Notes under the pieces: model-generated
Told to the model about the DNA's origin: nothing
Database searches by the model: none
Seen by the model: the letters and a program-made list of their open reading frames with translations, nothing else
In this document: piece by piece, positions 11,455 through 23,124 of the stretch
Position numbering within the stretch: the stretch's first letter is position 1
Layout: every line of letters starts with the position of its first letter
Made by a program: the position numbers and the translations under genes
Assembly: GCF_027921745.1 (NCBI RefSeq)
Contig: NC_079240.1
Location: 2,170,001 to 2,234,000 of the forward strand
Direction of reading: 5' to 3'
Source: Schizosaccharomyces osmophilus
Lineage: Eukaryota
Length of the DNA stretch: 64,000 nucleotides

Positions 11455-12103
11455 ATGACTGAAAAAAACAAATACAAATACAAAAAGCTAAAAGATGCTG
11501 ATTCAGCTGACGTTCCTCGCTTGGGCACTCTTGCAACGTTTGACGGTGAACTGCCACGGTACAATGAAATCTTTAATTCTCATCTAGACGACTTGGAAAA
11601 AGGTCATGCACCTCCGTACTCAGAAAACAGACATCAAGAAGCGTCTACCAACATGGCAGGAGGAAATATATTCTCTATTTTGTCACGAAAAGTCTTGACG
11701 GCATTATTGTGGTTGATTTTCTGGCCGGCAGAAATTGCGAGAATTCCTGAAGCACAACGAAGACAAGAGAATGAAGCTCTTCGGTTTGGTTGGTGCTTTA
11801 TTGGTTCAATCGTATTGGACTTTTGGTTTTCTTACTTTTTCCTTGTCCCCTTTATAAAGGAACCGATGAAAGAATCTGTATGGACATGGTTTCAAGCTAC
11901 TGTAGCAGCTGTTCTTGTCGTCGTGGCTTTCTACATGTTTCTATATGTTTGTTCATGTAAGTGAAATGGTGGAATTTTATTTTGATATGTTTACTAATGG
12001 GGTACTTTTAGTGTTGGTGGATTTAGTCGTTATATTACTTTCTGCAATTACCAGTGCTCTAGGCTTCAGGATGTCATCGGATAGAAAACGACTTGACGGA
12101 TGA
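11455..12103 (+). CDS. PY-motif multi-pass membrane protein, wtf-like / wtf-associated gene (wag) candidate, about 197 aa
   Basis: ATG 11455; N-terminus KNKYKY...LPRYNE...DDLEKGHAPPYSE; about 4 hydrophobic segments; intron 11957-12011 (GTAAGT...TACTAAT...TAG) splices in frame to LLVDLVVILLSAITSALG. Head-to-head with wtf and next to 5S. Confidence 0.7.
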
Positions 12104-12601
12104 TAATTGTATCCCATTAAACAGCTTGCCACCAGAGCCTGAAAACCGCTTCAACGATCGTAGTGATAATACTTTCAAACAACCGTCCTCTGAACATTCT
12201 GAGCAATCTCCAGGGTTACGCCAGGAACCGGGTCAGTCTAGGGATGTTGAAAGCAGTGGGAGTTGATTTATACGGAAAGTAAAGCATTGTTTATTATAAT
12301 GTCCGGTCTTGTTGTTTTTTCTCCAGCATGCTTTATGCTTATGTTTATGTTTTTGTTTCATCTTTGCATTTTGTTTCTTATATTTATTCGTCAGACGCTT
12401 TTAATCACTGATCCTTATAGAACCTTTTAATTTATAACTAATAAAGAATTTAATTAATTATTGAATCATGGATGACCATTGCTTCCTTGCAATCACTAGT
12501 ATCACTAAGTCAAACGTCTATGTCGATCACGATTAAAGCCATGTGCTTCAATTTTTAAAAGAGCAACAAAAAGAAGCAAAAAGTAAAATAAAAAAGTGAA
12601 A

Positions 12602-12720
12602 AGCCTACAGCATCCAGGATTCCCGTGTTGTCTCCAACCATAGTACTAACGAGACCCTCAGACGCTTAACTGCAGTGATCGGACGGGAACTGGTGTTTTC
12701 GCCTAGGTGTGGCCGTAAAC
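12602..12720 (-). rRNA. 5S rRNA gene, divergent variant
   Basis: 119 nt, 5 substitutions relative to the copy at 5657-5775; T-runs downstream on the minus strand. Confidence 0.93.
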
Positions 12721-12841
12721 AGTAAAAGTATGTTTTCATTTATTTAAAATAAAATAAAAAATTTAATTTGACAAATTTAAGAGCTACTTTGGCTACGACG
12801 TACCTCTACAAAGAGAAAGAGAGACGATGCAAAAAATTAAT

Positions 12842-12913
12842 TGCCCACACCAGGAATCGAACCTGGGTCGCATCCGCCACAAGGATGAGTCTTAACCACT
12901 GGACCATGTGAGC
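12842..12913 (-). tRNA. tRNA-His (GTG)
   Basis: GCTCACATGGTCCAGTGGTTAAGACTCATCCTTGTGGCGGATGCGACCCAGGTTCGATTCCTGGTGTGGGCA: acceptor stem, CATCC/GGATG anticodon stem with GTG, and GGTTCGATTCC B box. Confidence 0.96.
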
Positions 12914-14550
12914 TTGTATACTTGAGGGGTATAATAAGCAAATATATTCATTTTCACTTCAATAGTGAAGTTGAGTACCATTATTTTAACCTTTGGCCTC
13001 TTGAAAAATATCATGAGAAATCCGTGTTGCGGATTGAATTTCTTGATCTGTAGAGTTGTATACAAATAATTTCTTTCGGTATTACCGACGTTGCATACGC
13101 TGTCAACGGTGATATTGTGCAATAAATGTTTGCATCCCGATCAGGGTGATAGGACTCTTGTTAAAACATACGAAAGAAAGTAGGATTTCATCTTTGCATT
13201 GAGGCTTGAATGCTTGCTTTAAGTTTTATTCTTCGACTCAGTTTTGAGAAGGTTGCAAATTATGTCGATCCAAGCTTGTTTGCTTGGTATTAAAAATTCC
13301 AATTTTCCCATTCTTGACAAAAGCTTGATCATTCGATTTAAATATCGGAAGAGATCGTTTTTTGATCTTGTATTGCATAGTTCCCATTTGCTTTTGTATG
13401 CGTTGCCGCAATTCACGCATTAACTACTGTGTGCCGACAAATATTTTAACTTCAAGAATTTGATAATTTTCCAAGTCCTTATACTGTGAATTTATCGGTT
13501 CACAGTCATTCTCTTGAATTTGAAAGCACCTTCTAGTCTTATTAGGTCTAGGCTTCAATCTATTTTGGAATTGTCAATATGTCAGACCCTTTTCCTTTTG
13601 AGAGGCTTTCAGTTATTTTGATTCTGCGGTGGGCATTGTCAACGAATTCTATTTCCTGGTCTCATAGATGGGTTCAAACCGTGCTTGTCTGTTCCTTTTT
13701 ATGGCTCCATGAAAATCTCTCTTTTCATAGCCATTCTTTTAAACTTGCCTCTTACTATACATTTAATTGACGCAACGACGTACTTCCCTTTAACTTTGTC
13801 CAACTATATCTATATTTCAAAGCCAGTTTCTATTATCTTGAAAATCAAAATCAGAATTGGTTGCGTTAACCAAAACGCTCACCAACAGTTTCAAACCAAA
13901 AATCATCTTGGCCGGTGCAGGAAACTCGTTCCAATGCAGCATCAAATGTCATCTTGGCTTTCAATTACTTACATTCTTTAAAATTGGTCTCATAATAAAC
14001 TCGAGATTTGTGATACAAGTACGTAGTCTTATCACGATCGGTTGGTAAGACCAAAAGGTACCTTTTGGTGAATGGTAACCAATTTTTGAAAACAATCATC
14101 CAACGAATGCTTCTTCGACTTGTATTTATGGTTCCTTCATTTTGGTTCGTCTTCAGTATTCCTTAGCTCCTCCACCATACAGTGTTTCCACTTTCTTCAT
14201 TGAGGTCTATGAGAAACTCAAAAATATAATCTTTAAATTTCATTCAATTCTTTTTTTTATTAAAAAAAAAATTTACGTCTTTATTGACTTTTCTTTGCAT
14301 ATTGCACACGTAAGTATTCACTTGTTGAGTAAATATATGACTCAAATGGTTTTCAGAATCAATATCCATAATACTAATTCTCTCGAATTGCTTAATTCCA
14401 AAAAATTCCCACTATTCAGTTTGAATTGTTTGAAAGATAACTTGCAACGGAATTAGGTAAACGTTAAAATGCTGTAGTTTTTGTTTTAGCATAGTGTGAT
14501 AGAAAGGTCAAAGCCTCCGACTAGACGTAAAACATTCTCATAGGATATTT

Positions 14551-15256
14551 CTAATTATGAGTTTGAGGACATTCCTGAGATTTTACCATACATTCTCTAG
14601 GTCTGTAAGTGGAACAATGTATTATCCATTCTTCGGTAACGGCAATTCCGTAGATCTGGCAGCTGTACTCAACTCCGCATGGATTTTTACACTCTTCTGT
14701 ATAGTATCCTATCCCGCCATGCGCCCATAAATTAGAATGCTGATTCCATAAGCAACGATCGTCATCGTACTTACATTCTGTGTAACTTTGCGCTTTAAAA
14801 TAGTTTCCATTTGTGAACAGAAAATGAAACAGCAAAGCCAATGGGCCCATGAGATGCGGACGTCTATAGACGCTATAAGCTACTCGCGATACAGCTAGAG
14901 CTTCAGTTACGTATTGTTCACCTTTAGGTCGGATATTCTTAGAAAAAGGGTTACTAATCTCATCGATCATATGGCAGTCGTTTGTGTTTCCCATCACCAA
15001 GGTGCATGCTGCTCTATCTCCGTCAATCGTTCTCTCATTTAATCCCATAAGATATTCATAGGCATCTAGTCGTTCGATAGCCGTCCCGTCAAGTGTTATA
15101 CAAAACGTCGTTGGTATGCCGTTTCACAAGTTCTTGATAGACAGGCGATAATTTTTCGTAAGCAACATCAAAGAAGGGGTTGAAATCCCGTTCTGTCCTA
15201 GTTGCTGTACATATACAGGCTAAAGAAACTAAGAGTAAACCAATCCTCAACATCAT
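14551..15256 (-). pseudogene. secreted Cys-rich prepro-protein, single +1 frameshift (about 234 aa if repaired)
   Basis: ATG 15256, signal peptide MMLRIGLLLVSLACICTA, pro-region ending ELVKR. Removing one base from the A4 run at 15102-15105 joins it to the 165-aa ORF (...DVCITLDGTAIERLDAYEYLMGLNERT...). Confidence 0.65.
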
Positions 15257-15810
15257 AGTGTCACAGTCAAGTTGGTACCTTCACTATGAAAACGGTAGGT
15301 AAAATACGAAGCAAGATTTTTGTAAGAATTACATTTCAGCGTATGCAGGAGGCAAAGAAAGACGTATGAAAAAGAATGATCAAAAATAAAATTCGTGAAA
15401 GGAGATATTTCACAAGTAGTTAATATGTAAAAGGATACCTGTTAAGATGTTAACTAACGAGATTGCCAGTTTCGTTAACTATATTGTGATGGCAATCGTC
15501 TTCGTTATTTGATTTCTTACTTACCACTTGCAACTAAGTCGTGGTAGTAGCTATCAACAGCTGTTGGAAAGGATTCTTCCTTCAGCATTCTATTTTTATT
15601 CTTCTGTATGTTTGCATTTCATGTGTTATAGTGGTGCTTCTTAAGGGAGCCGTTCTTCAAAAAAGTATTGGGAGTTTATTAAGTCATTTTCCGCTCTTTT
15701 TTAAAAATTCGTTCGTTTCTTCATATCTTATTTGCATTTTTCTTGATCGAATTGCGTTCTGTTTGAATTGCTCTACAGTTTTCTTGAAGGCTGCTGCTAC
15801 TGTCCGGTAA

Positions 15811-17271
15811 ATGCCGTCGAAAGAATATGAGGTGGAAAAAATCGTTGACGAAAAATTGGACCGACATGACAAGGTAAAACTTTACAGAGTACGTTGGTTA
15901 AATTACTCTGCTCGAAGTGACACCTGGGAGCCTCCGGAAAACCTTTCGGGTTGTCCTGAAATCCTTGCTGAATGGAATCAGAAGAAGCAAAAAATTCAAA
16001 AAACCGGTACACCAAAAAAGGGGACCAAGTCACCGTCTCGTCCAAAATCCAAGCAACATGCATCACCTTTACGAAAAGAGGCTCGCTCAGACCATACGAT
16101 TTCCGACAAAAAAAAAAAAGAAAGGCCTTCCGAGCATTCGATAAGCACTGCTCGTAAACGCGCTTCCTCTCTTTCATCTGGTCCCGAAAAGCGATATCCT
16201 CCTGCTACAAAACATCGTTTGATCAAAAGTGATGATTTGGAAGAAAAACAAAAAGTAGCCAAGGAAGTATTGGACAACAAGAGAAATGTCTCAAATACTT
16301 CAATTTATTCTTCTTCTGACTCTCAACCCCTCCATACCACATCCATTCCCGCACCAGATAAGCAAAGTAATCCTGTGAAGCAAAATACTTACGATTGTCT
16401 CTCTTTTTACGAAAAAAAGGAACTATTTCGAGAACGGTTAAGGAATTTAAAAGGACCAGAAATAACCTTGGTAAATGAAGTAGATGATGAACCTTGCCCT
16501 TCTCTGGATTTTCAGTTCATCACAGAGTATCGGCTTACTGAAGGCGTCACTCCCCCAGATCCAAATTTTCAATCTGGCTGCAATTGTCCTGCTGATGGCT
16601 GTGACCTAAACGATTCTTCGCGGTGTGAATGTCTGGATGATTTGGAAGAGCCAAAACATTTCGCCTATGATGCCCAAGGAAGAGTTCGACGCGATGCCCC
16701 CGCTGTCATTTATGAATGCAACTCTTTTTGCTCTTGCCCATCATGTTGTCCTAATCGTGTAGCACAGCGTGGCCGTACTCTTCCTTTGGAAATTTTTAAA
16801 ACCAAGGGAAAGGGTTGGGGTGTTCGTTCTCTTCGATTCATTCCCTCTGGGAGGTTCATTACTTGTTATTTGGGAGAAGTTATTACTTCCGAAGAGGCCG
16901 CTAAACGTGACAAATATTATGATCAAGATGGTATTACTTATTTGTTTGACTTGGATATGTTTGAAGACTCGAGCGTTTATACCGTTGATGCTCAAAATTA
17001 TGGTGATATTTCCCGGTTCTTTAATCATTCTTGTTCACCTAACCTAGCTATTTATTCTGTGATACGTAATCATGGATTTAGAACCATTTATGACCTTGCT
17101 TTCTTTGCTATAAAAGATATAGAGCCTCTGGAAGAACTCACCTTTGATTACGCAGGCGTGAGAGATAACTCTTTACAGTCTTCGCAACAGTGTCAACAAA
17201 TGAGGTCTTTTAAAATACGAAGGAAATGTAAATGTGGAGCACTCAATTGCCGCGGATGGCTATTTGGATAG
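15811..17271 (+). CDS. clr4: histone H3K9 methyltransferase Clr4
   Basis: N-terminal chromodomain (EYEVEKIVDEK...DTWEPPENL), Cys-rich pre-SET, SET (RFFNHSCSPN, ELTFDY), post-SET CKCGALNCRGWLFG. Confidence 0.98.
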   Translation: MPSKEYEVEKIVDEKLDRHDKVKLYRVRWLNYSARSDTWEPPENLSGCPEILAEWNQKKQKIQKTGTPKKGTKSPSRPKSKQHASPLRKEARSDHTISDKKKKERPSEHSISTARKRASSLSSGPEKRYPPATKHRLIKSDDLEEKQKVAKEVLDNKRNVSNTSIYSSSDSQPLHTTSIPAPDKQSNPVKQNTYDCLSFYEKKELFRERLRNLKGPEITLVNEVDDEPCPSLDFQFITEYRLTEGVTPPDPNFQSGCNCPADGCDLNDSSRCECLDDLEEPKHFAYDAQGRVRRDAPAVIYECNSFCSCPSCCPNRVAQRGRTLPLEIFKTKGKGWGVRSLRFIPSGRFITCYLGEVITSEEAAKRDKYYDQDGITYLFDLDMFEDSSVYTVDAQNYGDISRFFNHSCSPNLAIYSVIRNHGFRTIYDLAFFAIKDIEPLEELTFDYAGVRDNSLQSSQQCQQMRSFKIRRKCKCGALNCRGWLFG

Positions 17272-17494
17272 GATCTTTAAAATTTACTTCTTGTTAGTTT
17301 TTGAACCCTGCTGTATTTATTTGTGGTGCTAACAATCTTATTATAATTGCATCGTGTTATCAAGTCAATAACTATATAGATTCCTTGTTAAAAACAAACA
17401 GATTGTACTATTTGTACGAATAAAAGCGAAAGAAGAGATTAATGGCCGCTGCCATATTATTATGTTACGAAGTCATCGTCTGATTAAAATGAGT

Positions 17495-19199
17495 TTAGGC
17501 AGCAATTTCTGGTACGACGGGTTCATGATTAGGTTCCGTTGCTACGACACTTGGAGTGCTTTGTTCAGCAAGAGTTAGCTCGTTAAGATCCTTAGTCGTA
17601 GAGGTATTTTCATTTGCTGTCTTTACCACAGGAGTGCTCGTTTGAGTTTGTGGTTCTTCCGGTTTCACATCCGCATTGTCAGTAGTGGGAGATACTGCTT
17701 CAGGTTCAGCAGATTTGTCTTGCTTTTTCTTGTGCACAAACTCGGTAAGCTTACGAGAAAGTGAGGTAGGTAAGTACTCAAGTTTTGCCTTCGTATGCTC
17801 AAAGGATTGATCTGCCTTGCCTCCTTTTTCGGTCTGTACTGATTTCTCAGACTTCGCACTTTTCGGGACCTTGGGAGTCTTCCACGATTTGGAGTATGAG
17901 AGTAAACCGAATCCACGCTTCTTGTTTGGACTCTCTTGAACATTCTCGTGGGCTTCTGGAACAGCTTGCTCTGTAGTTTCAGGTTGTTGGTCGACAGTTT
18001 CTGCAGGAGCCTCAGTTGATTCTTCTGCTGCTGCAGCGTTGGCAGCATCATCGGCAACTGTTTCTTCGGGTTTCTCTTCTTGGGTCTTCTCATGGTCTTT
18101 TCCTTTCAAGAGATGATGAAAGAATTCAATTACATTGTCTTTAGGACTCGTAGGTTCGCCCTTATCCGCAGCTTCAGATGGAGGTGATTCCTCTTTAGAA
18201 GGCTTTCCCCTGAAGGATGGGATAATAGAGCGCAAAGTTTCCAAAGTACTGATCCCAGAATTGTTTGCGATCTTGTTTAGCTTATTCAAGGATTCACTAT
18301 AGGTACTTGAACCCTCGAGCTTCTCCTTAATTTCTTGCTTTTGGGAAACAATAGTGTTGAGGTCTTTAATCCAAGCATCTCGACTTTCAGCGGTCGATGC
18401 CTCCAATGTTTCATTTTTTCCGTTCTCGAAAGACAACAAAAACTTGTTTCCGTTACCGGCTTCCACTTTATCGACATCCAACTATATAATTTGTTAATAG
18501 CTTTACATCGAAATTATCAAAGACACTTACCAAAGAAATAATACCACTTGGGACACTGGTGCATTGAGATTTTGAGTAGAAAAGCAATCCCTTGCATCCT
18601 TCCACAGCTTTGGCGATTCTATCCACATATAAGCTTTGAGAATTAGAAGAAGACTCGTTCACTTGCTCAGAACTCAGGGAAGGATCATCTTCAGGTTGCT
18701 TATTGAGAGAACCTTGGAAGTGTTTCTTATAGTAATAATTAAGATTCTCTAAAGGCATCGGAGTGTCCTTGATGAAAAAGTATCTTTTTATAACATGGCT
18801 ATAGATGTTAGAGAATATTTCTTTTGTTTTTTGTTTTTTAACTTACGGAATAAGACCGTTTGAACGGCAGTACAAGTAACCTCCGGAGAGGTACTCGGTG
18901 GGATTCGTTTCGTTGGCTGCGGCGTCCTTCTCTGTCTTATCCTTTTTTTCAGCAGGATTTTCTTTGGGTTCATTGGCTTCCTCTGGAGTCTCTTCCTTTG
19001 CTTGCTCAGTTTCCTTTTCGGCTGTTGGTTCAGCTTCAGTGGCTGCTTGCTCAGGAGAAGTGGCAGGTTCTTCTACATCTAATGGAATCCCCTCCTTGGC
19101 TTGAACAGGTTCCGGATGGATTTCAGGATGCTGCTGCAAATGTTCAATAGTTGGTTGATCAACCTGTACAGGTCGTGCTTCAGGGCTTTGAGTAGACAT
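17495..19199 (-). CDS. meu6: PH-domain meiotic protein Meu6 (3 exons)
   Basis: Exons about 19199-18847, 18798-18531 and 18481-17495 with GTAAGT/TAG introns; PH-like core (GLLFYSK...RDAWIKDL); position next to clr4 as in S. pombe. Confidence 0.8.
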
Positions 19200-20146
19200 G
19201 CTACAGAATTAAACAAAGCGTTTAACGACTCAATCTTGGGCAAATTGGAAAAGTTAGTGTTGGTTAAAGGAAGGATGAAAGCCCCCCTCATCCTCAGTTT
19301 GTACGTGCGTTATGCGGGTACATAAACAAACAAACAAAGGGACAAAGAAATAAACAAACAAAAACAATCGAATTTGTGAGGAAACACAAAGCAATTGTGT
19401 ACTAATTATTATTTAAAAACTAATCATATTTGTGCTTTTTATTTAGCGATTCGTTCATCTTTCATTCCCATGAGGATACGACCCTCATTTGGACGCTTTT
19501 CCTTTACACGGAGCATGGACAGTTTGGAATGAGGAAGTTCCTTTTTCATATTAATTGTTTTAAATTTTGGGGGTTTATATTTACTATGCTAATAATTGGT
19601 TTAATTATGTGATGGTAAAATATGCACCTTACTACGAAACTCCTTCCTCTCTTTTCTTTTTGCATTAATTAAATAAACGTTCATACATACTTTTCTATAT
19701 GCTATGTTATGGCTTGTTATGGTTCAAAAGGCAATATACCGAATACGAAGTCTGGTTTTCCTACATGATGGAGACAAGGAATCCAAATGTTCACTTTCAT
19801 TCTCTCCTAAAATATAAAACAGCTCTTGCATAGATATATATTTTGATGAGTGAGGCATTCTGTATTCGGTCAATACTTACAACTTGGCTTTTTGTTATGC
19901 TGTAATTGTTTACAAAAGACATTGTCACTATGGAAATGAATACCGTGCTATTAAATTGCACTCAATGGATCAGCAAGGATAGATGATTGAACTTTGGCGG
20001 TTTCCATTTCATTTCATATTTCTCCAATTTCATTGATTGAAAATCACTCATTTGTCTTTCAAATTTTGACTGTTAGACTTCTTTCGTAGAAATGATGTTT
20101 ACGAAGCAAATGATTATATGGCTTTTGTTTAGATTTCACATTTGAA

Positions 20147-20158
20147 TTGTTTGTTTAC
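20147..20158 (-). promoter_or_regulatory. FLEX element upstream of meu6
   Basis: Perfect GTAAACAAACAA on the minus strand; further ATAAACAAACAAA forkhead-like sites at about 19322-19365. Confidence 0.55.
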
Positions 20159-21064
20159 TGTATACCGCTCAAGACTGTGACTCATTATAACCATACTGAA
20201 CTAGGTTAAGGTCACGGACGCATAGAAAAGGTGACATGTTAATTTAAACAAACAATAGAAAAAATTCAGGAAAATGCTTGTATATAAAAAGAGGATTTTG
20301 TAACCTGATAATATGGAATGTAGAGTTCTATTTTAAAGTCAAGTTTGTTCGGACTTGTAAAAGATCGTAGAACTGTTCTCGAGGAATTTAGGGAAATGGA
20401 AACACATTCTATTTCGTTTTATTCTCGTATCAATCGGATCGTAAAGTAAAATATTAGGATTGTCTATGTAATAATAACGAAAAAAAATTAATCAATTATA
20501 ATGTGAGTAATCACCAAATGAACCGAATTCGTACGCCATAAAACTTATTCTGAAAACACATACTAAGAAGGATACATTCTAAAGATGTAATGAATATATA
20601 TATATGGAGCAAGATAGTAAACCAATGGAGCAGTTTCCCTCGTATATTAAGAAATCCGACTAGCGAAAGCATTGTTTACGTTACCTATTTTTCACAAGTG
20701 AATTAAAGGGCTTTTACACAGAATTCCGGCAAGGGCAGTAATACCTAAGAATGAAGTTATTATTTCCGCATCTAATTCTCTTTATAAAAACAATTACCAC
20801 ACTAATAAAGAGGATTGAGAGGATTGCATTTATGTACAGGACGACATTTTTCGTTGGCATCAGCACAACGTTTGATTCTTTCCTGAAAGGTCCTATAAAG
20901 AGGGAGAATATTTTATTCAATAATATAAATAAACAAATAGAGAAAGAAAGAAAATTTTCTATTCTCATTTGTTTCTATATACAAACATAGAAGTAACGCA
21001 CCCAAGTAACAAAAGGAGAGCGAAATATTTACGTTCTTAGACTGGTGAAACTCTGCCAAAATCA

Positions 21065-21987
21065 ATGAAACAATTAGAGGAACAGATCGAGTATGAATGC
21101 ATGCTACCTATGAAACAATGATTAACAGGAAACACTAGAAGGTTTAAGGAAGCTCTTTTTGAGGATTCTGATGGTAATTGCTCATTAGTAACAAAAGATT
21201 GACTAACACACTATGTTTAGCGGCTGATTCAGATTCTTCTATAGGAGAATCATTAACGAATCGTGGATTAAAGCGAAAAAAGAATTCCAAATCCGTCTAT
21301 TACGGGTCTATGGGCAATTCGACCGGTACTTCAGTGGACGTCGATGTAAGACATTTCAGAAAATTTCCACTACAAAAGTCATTAACTTCAATTTTTATAA
21401 AGTATTATAGTATTGGAAATACAAAACGGGGTGTTATTTCACATTATCGACGACGCTCTGAACCAGAATGGCTGGATCACGATAATCCTTACCACAATAT
21501 CAACATTAATGGTATGGAAACGGGCGTTTCGCATCCCAAATTTTATTAATCGTAACATCTAGAAACCATGGCTCCTTTGGCGAACCCACAAAACATCTTT
21601 ACCCATCCTGGCATTGCATACATATTTGAACAGAATTATCTCGACGTTTTAGCTGCCTCAGCACATGAAAGCATTTCTTCTGAACATAAATATGCTGCTC
21701 AGCTTCAACAATTATTTTCAGCTTTATTAGGCGACGATCCGTCTCTCACAGAACCACCTCATGAGGTGTTTGGGATCACTGTAGAGCAATGCAACGGCCT
21801 TACAGAAACTGTACAGAAAGCTCTTGAGAAAAGTAGAGAGTTCATTCGGTGTTGGTCAAATGTACGAATGGATTTGCTACGCGCAATTCGCTTTAAAGAA
21901 AAAGTTTTGACTTATTGCCAAGGAGAAAACTATGATGGTATGATGAATCACGAGGACAAGGATAAGGATCCTCAAAAAAATGAATAA
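21065..21987 (+). CDS. rxt2: histone deacetylase complex subunit Rxt2 (multi-exon)
   Basis: MKQLEEQIE|RFKEALFEDSD|DSDSSIGESLTNRGLKRKK...LLGDDPSL...FIRCWSNVRMDLLRAIRFK; short GT-AG introns; synteny. Confidence 0.88.
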
Positions 21988-23124
21988 GTTTTTAGGAAAT
22001 CGGTGTTTTTCTATTCTATTTCAGATTATGAATACTTGGGACCGTCAGGGCCTTTTACTACATATATACGTTTTCTGTACATTAATTGTCTCATTTAATG
22101 GATTAGTGAATTTCTCCCCGTCAGGATTTTGTTTTGTTTTTTTTTTTTTTTTTTTGGTTTGAAACAAGCTGTTTATTATTTTTTAGCGATTTGGGAAATT
22201 GAAAAAGATGTCGGACTTGAAAACTATGTTTTCATAAAACAGATAAGTATACTTTAAGATGAAGATGAAACGGACGTTTTACATTATGAAACCTTATCAT
22301 TTATAAAACGGTTAAATTTCCAGAGGAATAATCCCTAAGCTTTACCGAGCCTTTTACTCTTACTTTTACTTTTACTTTGTGTCTTTTATTTATTTTTTGT
22401 CATGGCGATATGGAGAAAAATTTATACTCAAACATACTAAACGCAAATGAGCTTCTGTGGTCATGAAACAAAACATTTTCAAATCTTCTCAACTTGAAAC
22501 GAAACTCATTTCCACTGTTTTCTCGTAATATAAGTTGCTACGTCGGGACGAAGTTTGGTTTGCTTATATTTTTTTAAGAAGTACTTCAAAAAGTTAATCG
22601 TCGGTATCTATGAATTCGGAGATCATCGTCCTTGTTCTGTCCTACTTTTTCAATCAAATTTTCACCAAGGTATGAATTGCTACTTCATTGCCCAGTTTCA
22701 ACGCATCGTTTCGCGAATAACCGAAACTAGATTGTTACTCTATGAGAATATAAGATTTAGATTTTTGAGGTGATAAATTGCAGTGAATAGATCAAAGATG
22801 TGATCATCAGAAGCTTCTTGATCTATGAATTTATATAAAGCGGCTTCGTCTGGCCTCGTTTGTTCCTTTACTTCTCTGGATTTTTCTTTTTATTTTCGTT
22901 CAAACCTATCCTTGAAAAACTGCATTTTGGATTGCAGCCTTATTTAATTGTGCGACTTAATTCCAAGTACTAGCGATATTTGCACTTTATCGCTGAACAT
23001 CCTTATATTCCCGATTGCATTCTCATCGCCTAGTCAAAATAATTTGACTATCATTTGTCCATTGAACCTCCCAAAAATTTAGAGTTAGAATTTTTTTCTC
23101 GTTCTACATATCAAGACCAAAAAA

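Noticed and set aside
20714..20990. Overlapping small ORFs between meu6 and rxt2
   Set aside because: AT-rich and low-complexity; no consistent spliced model could be built.
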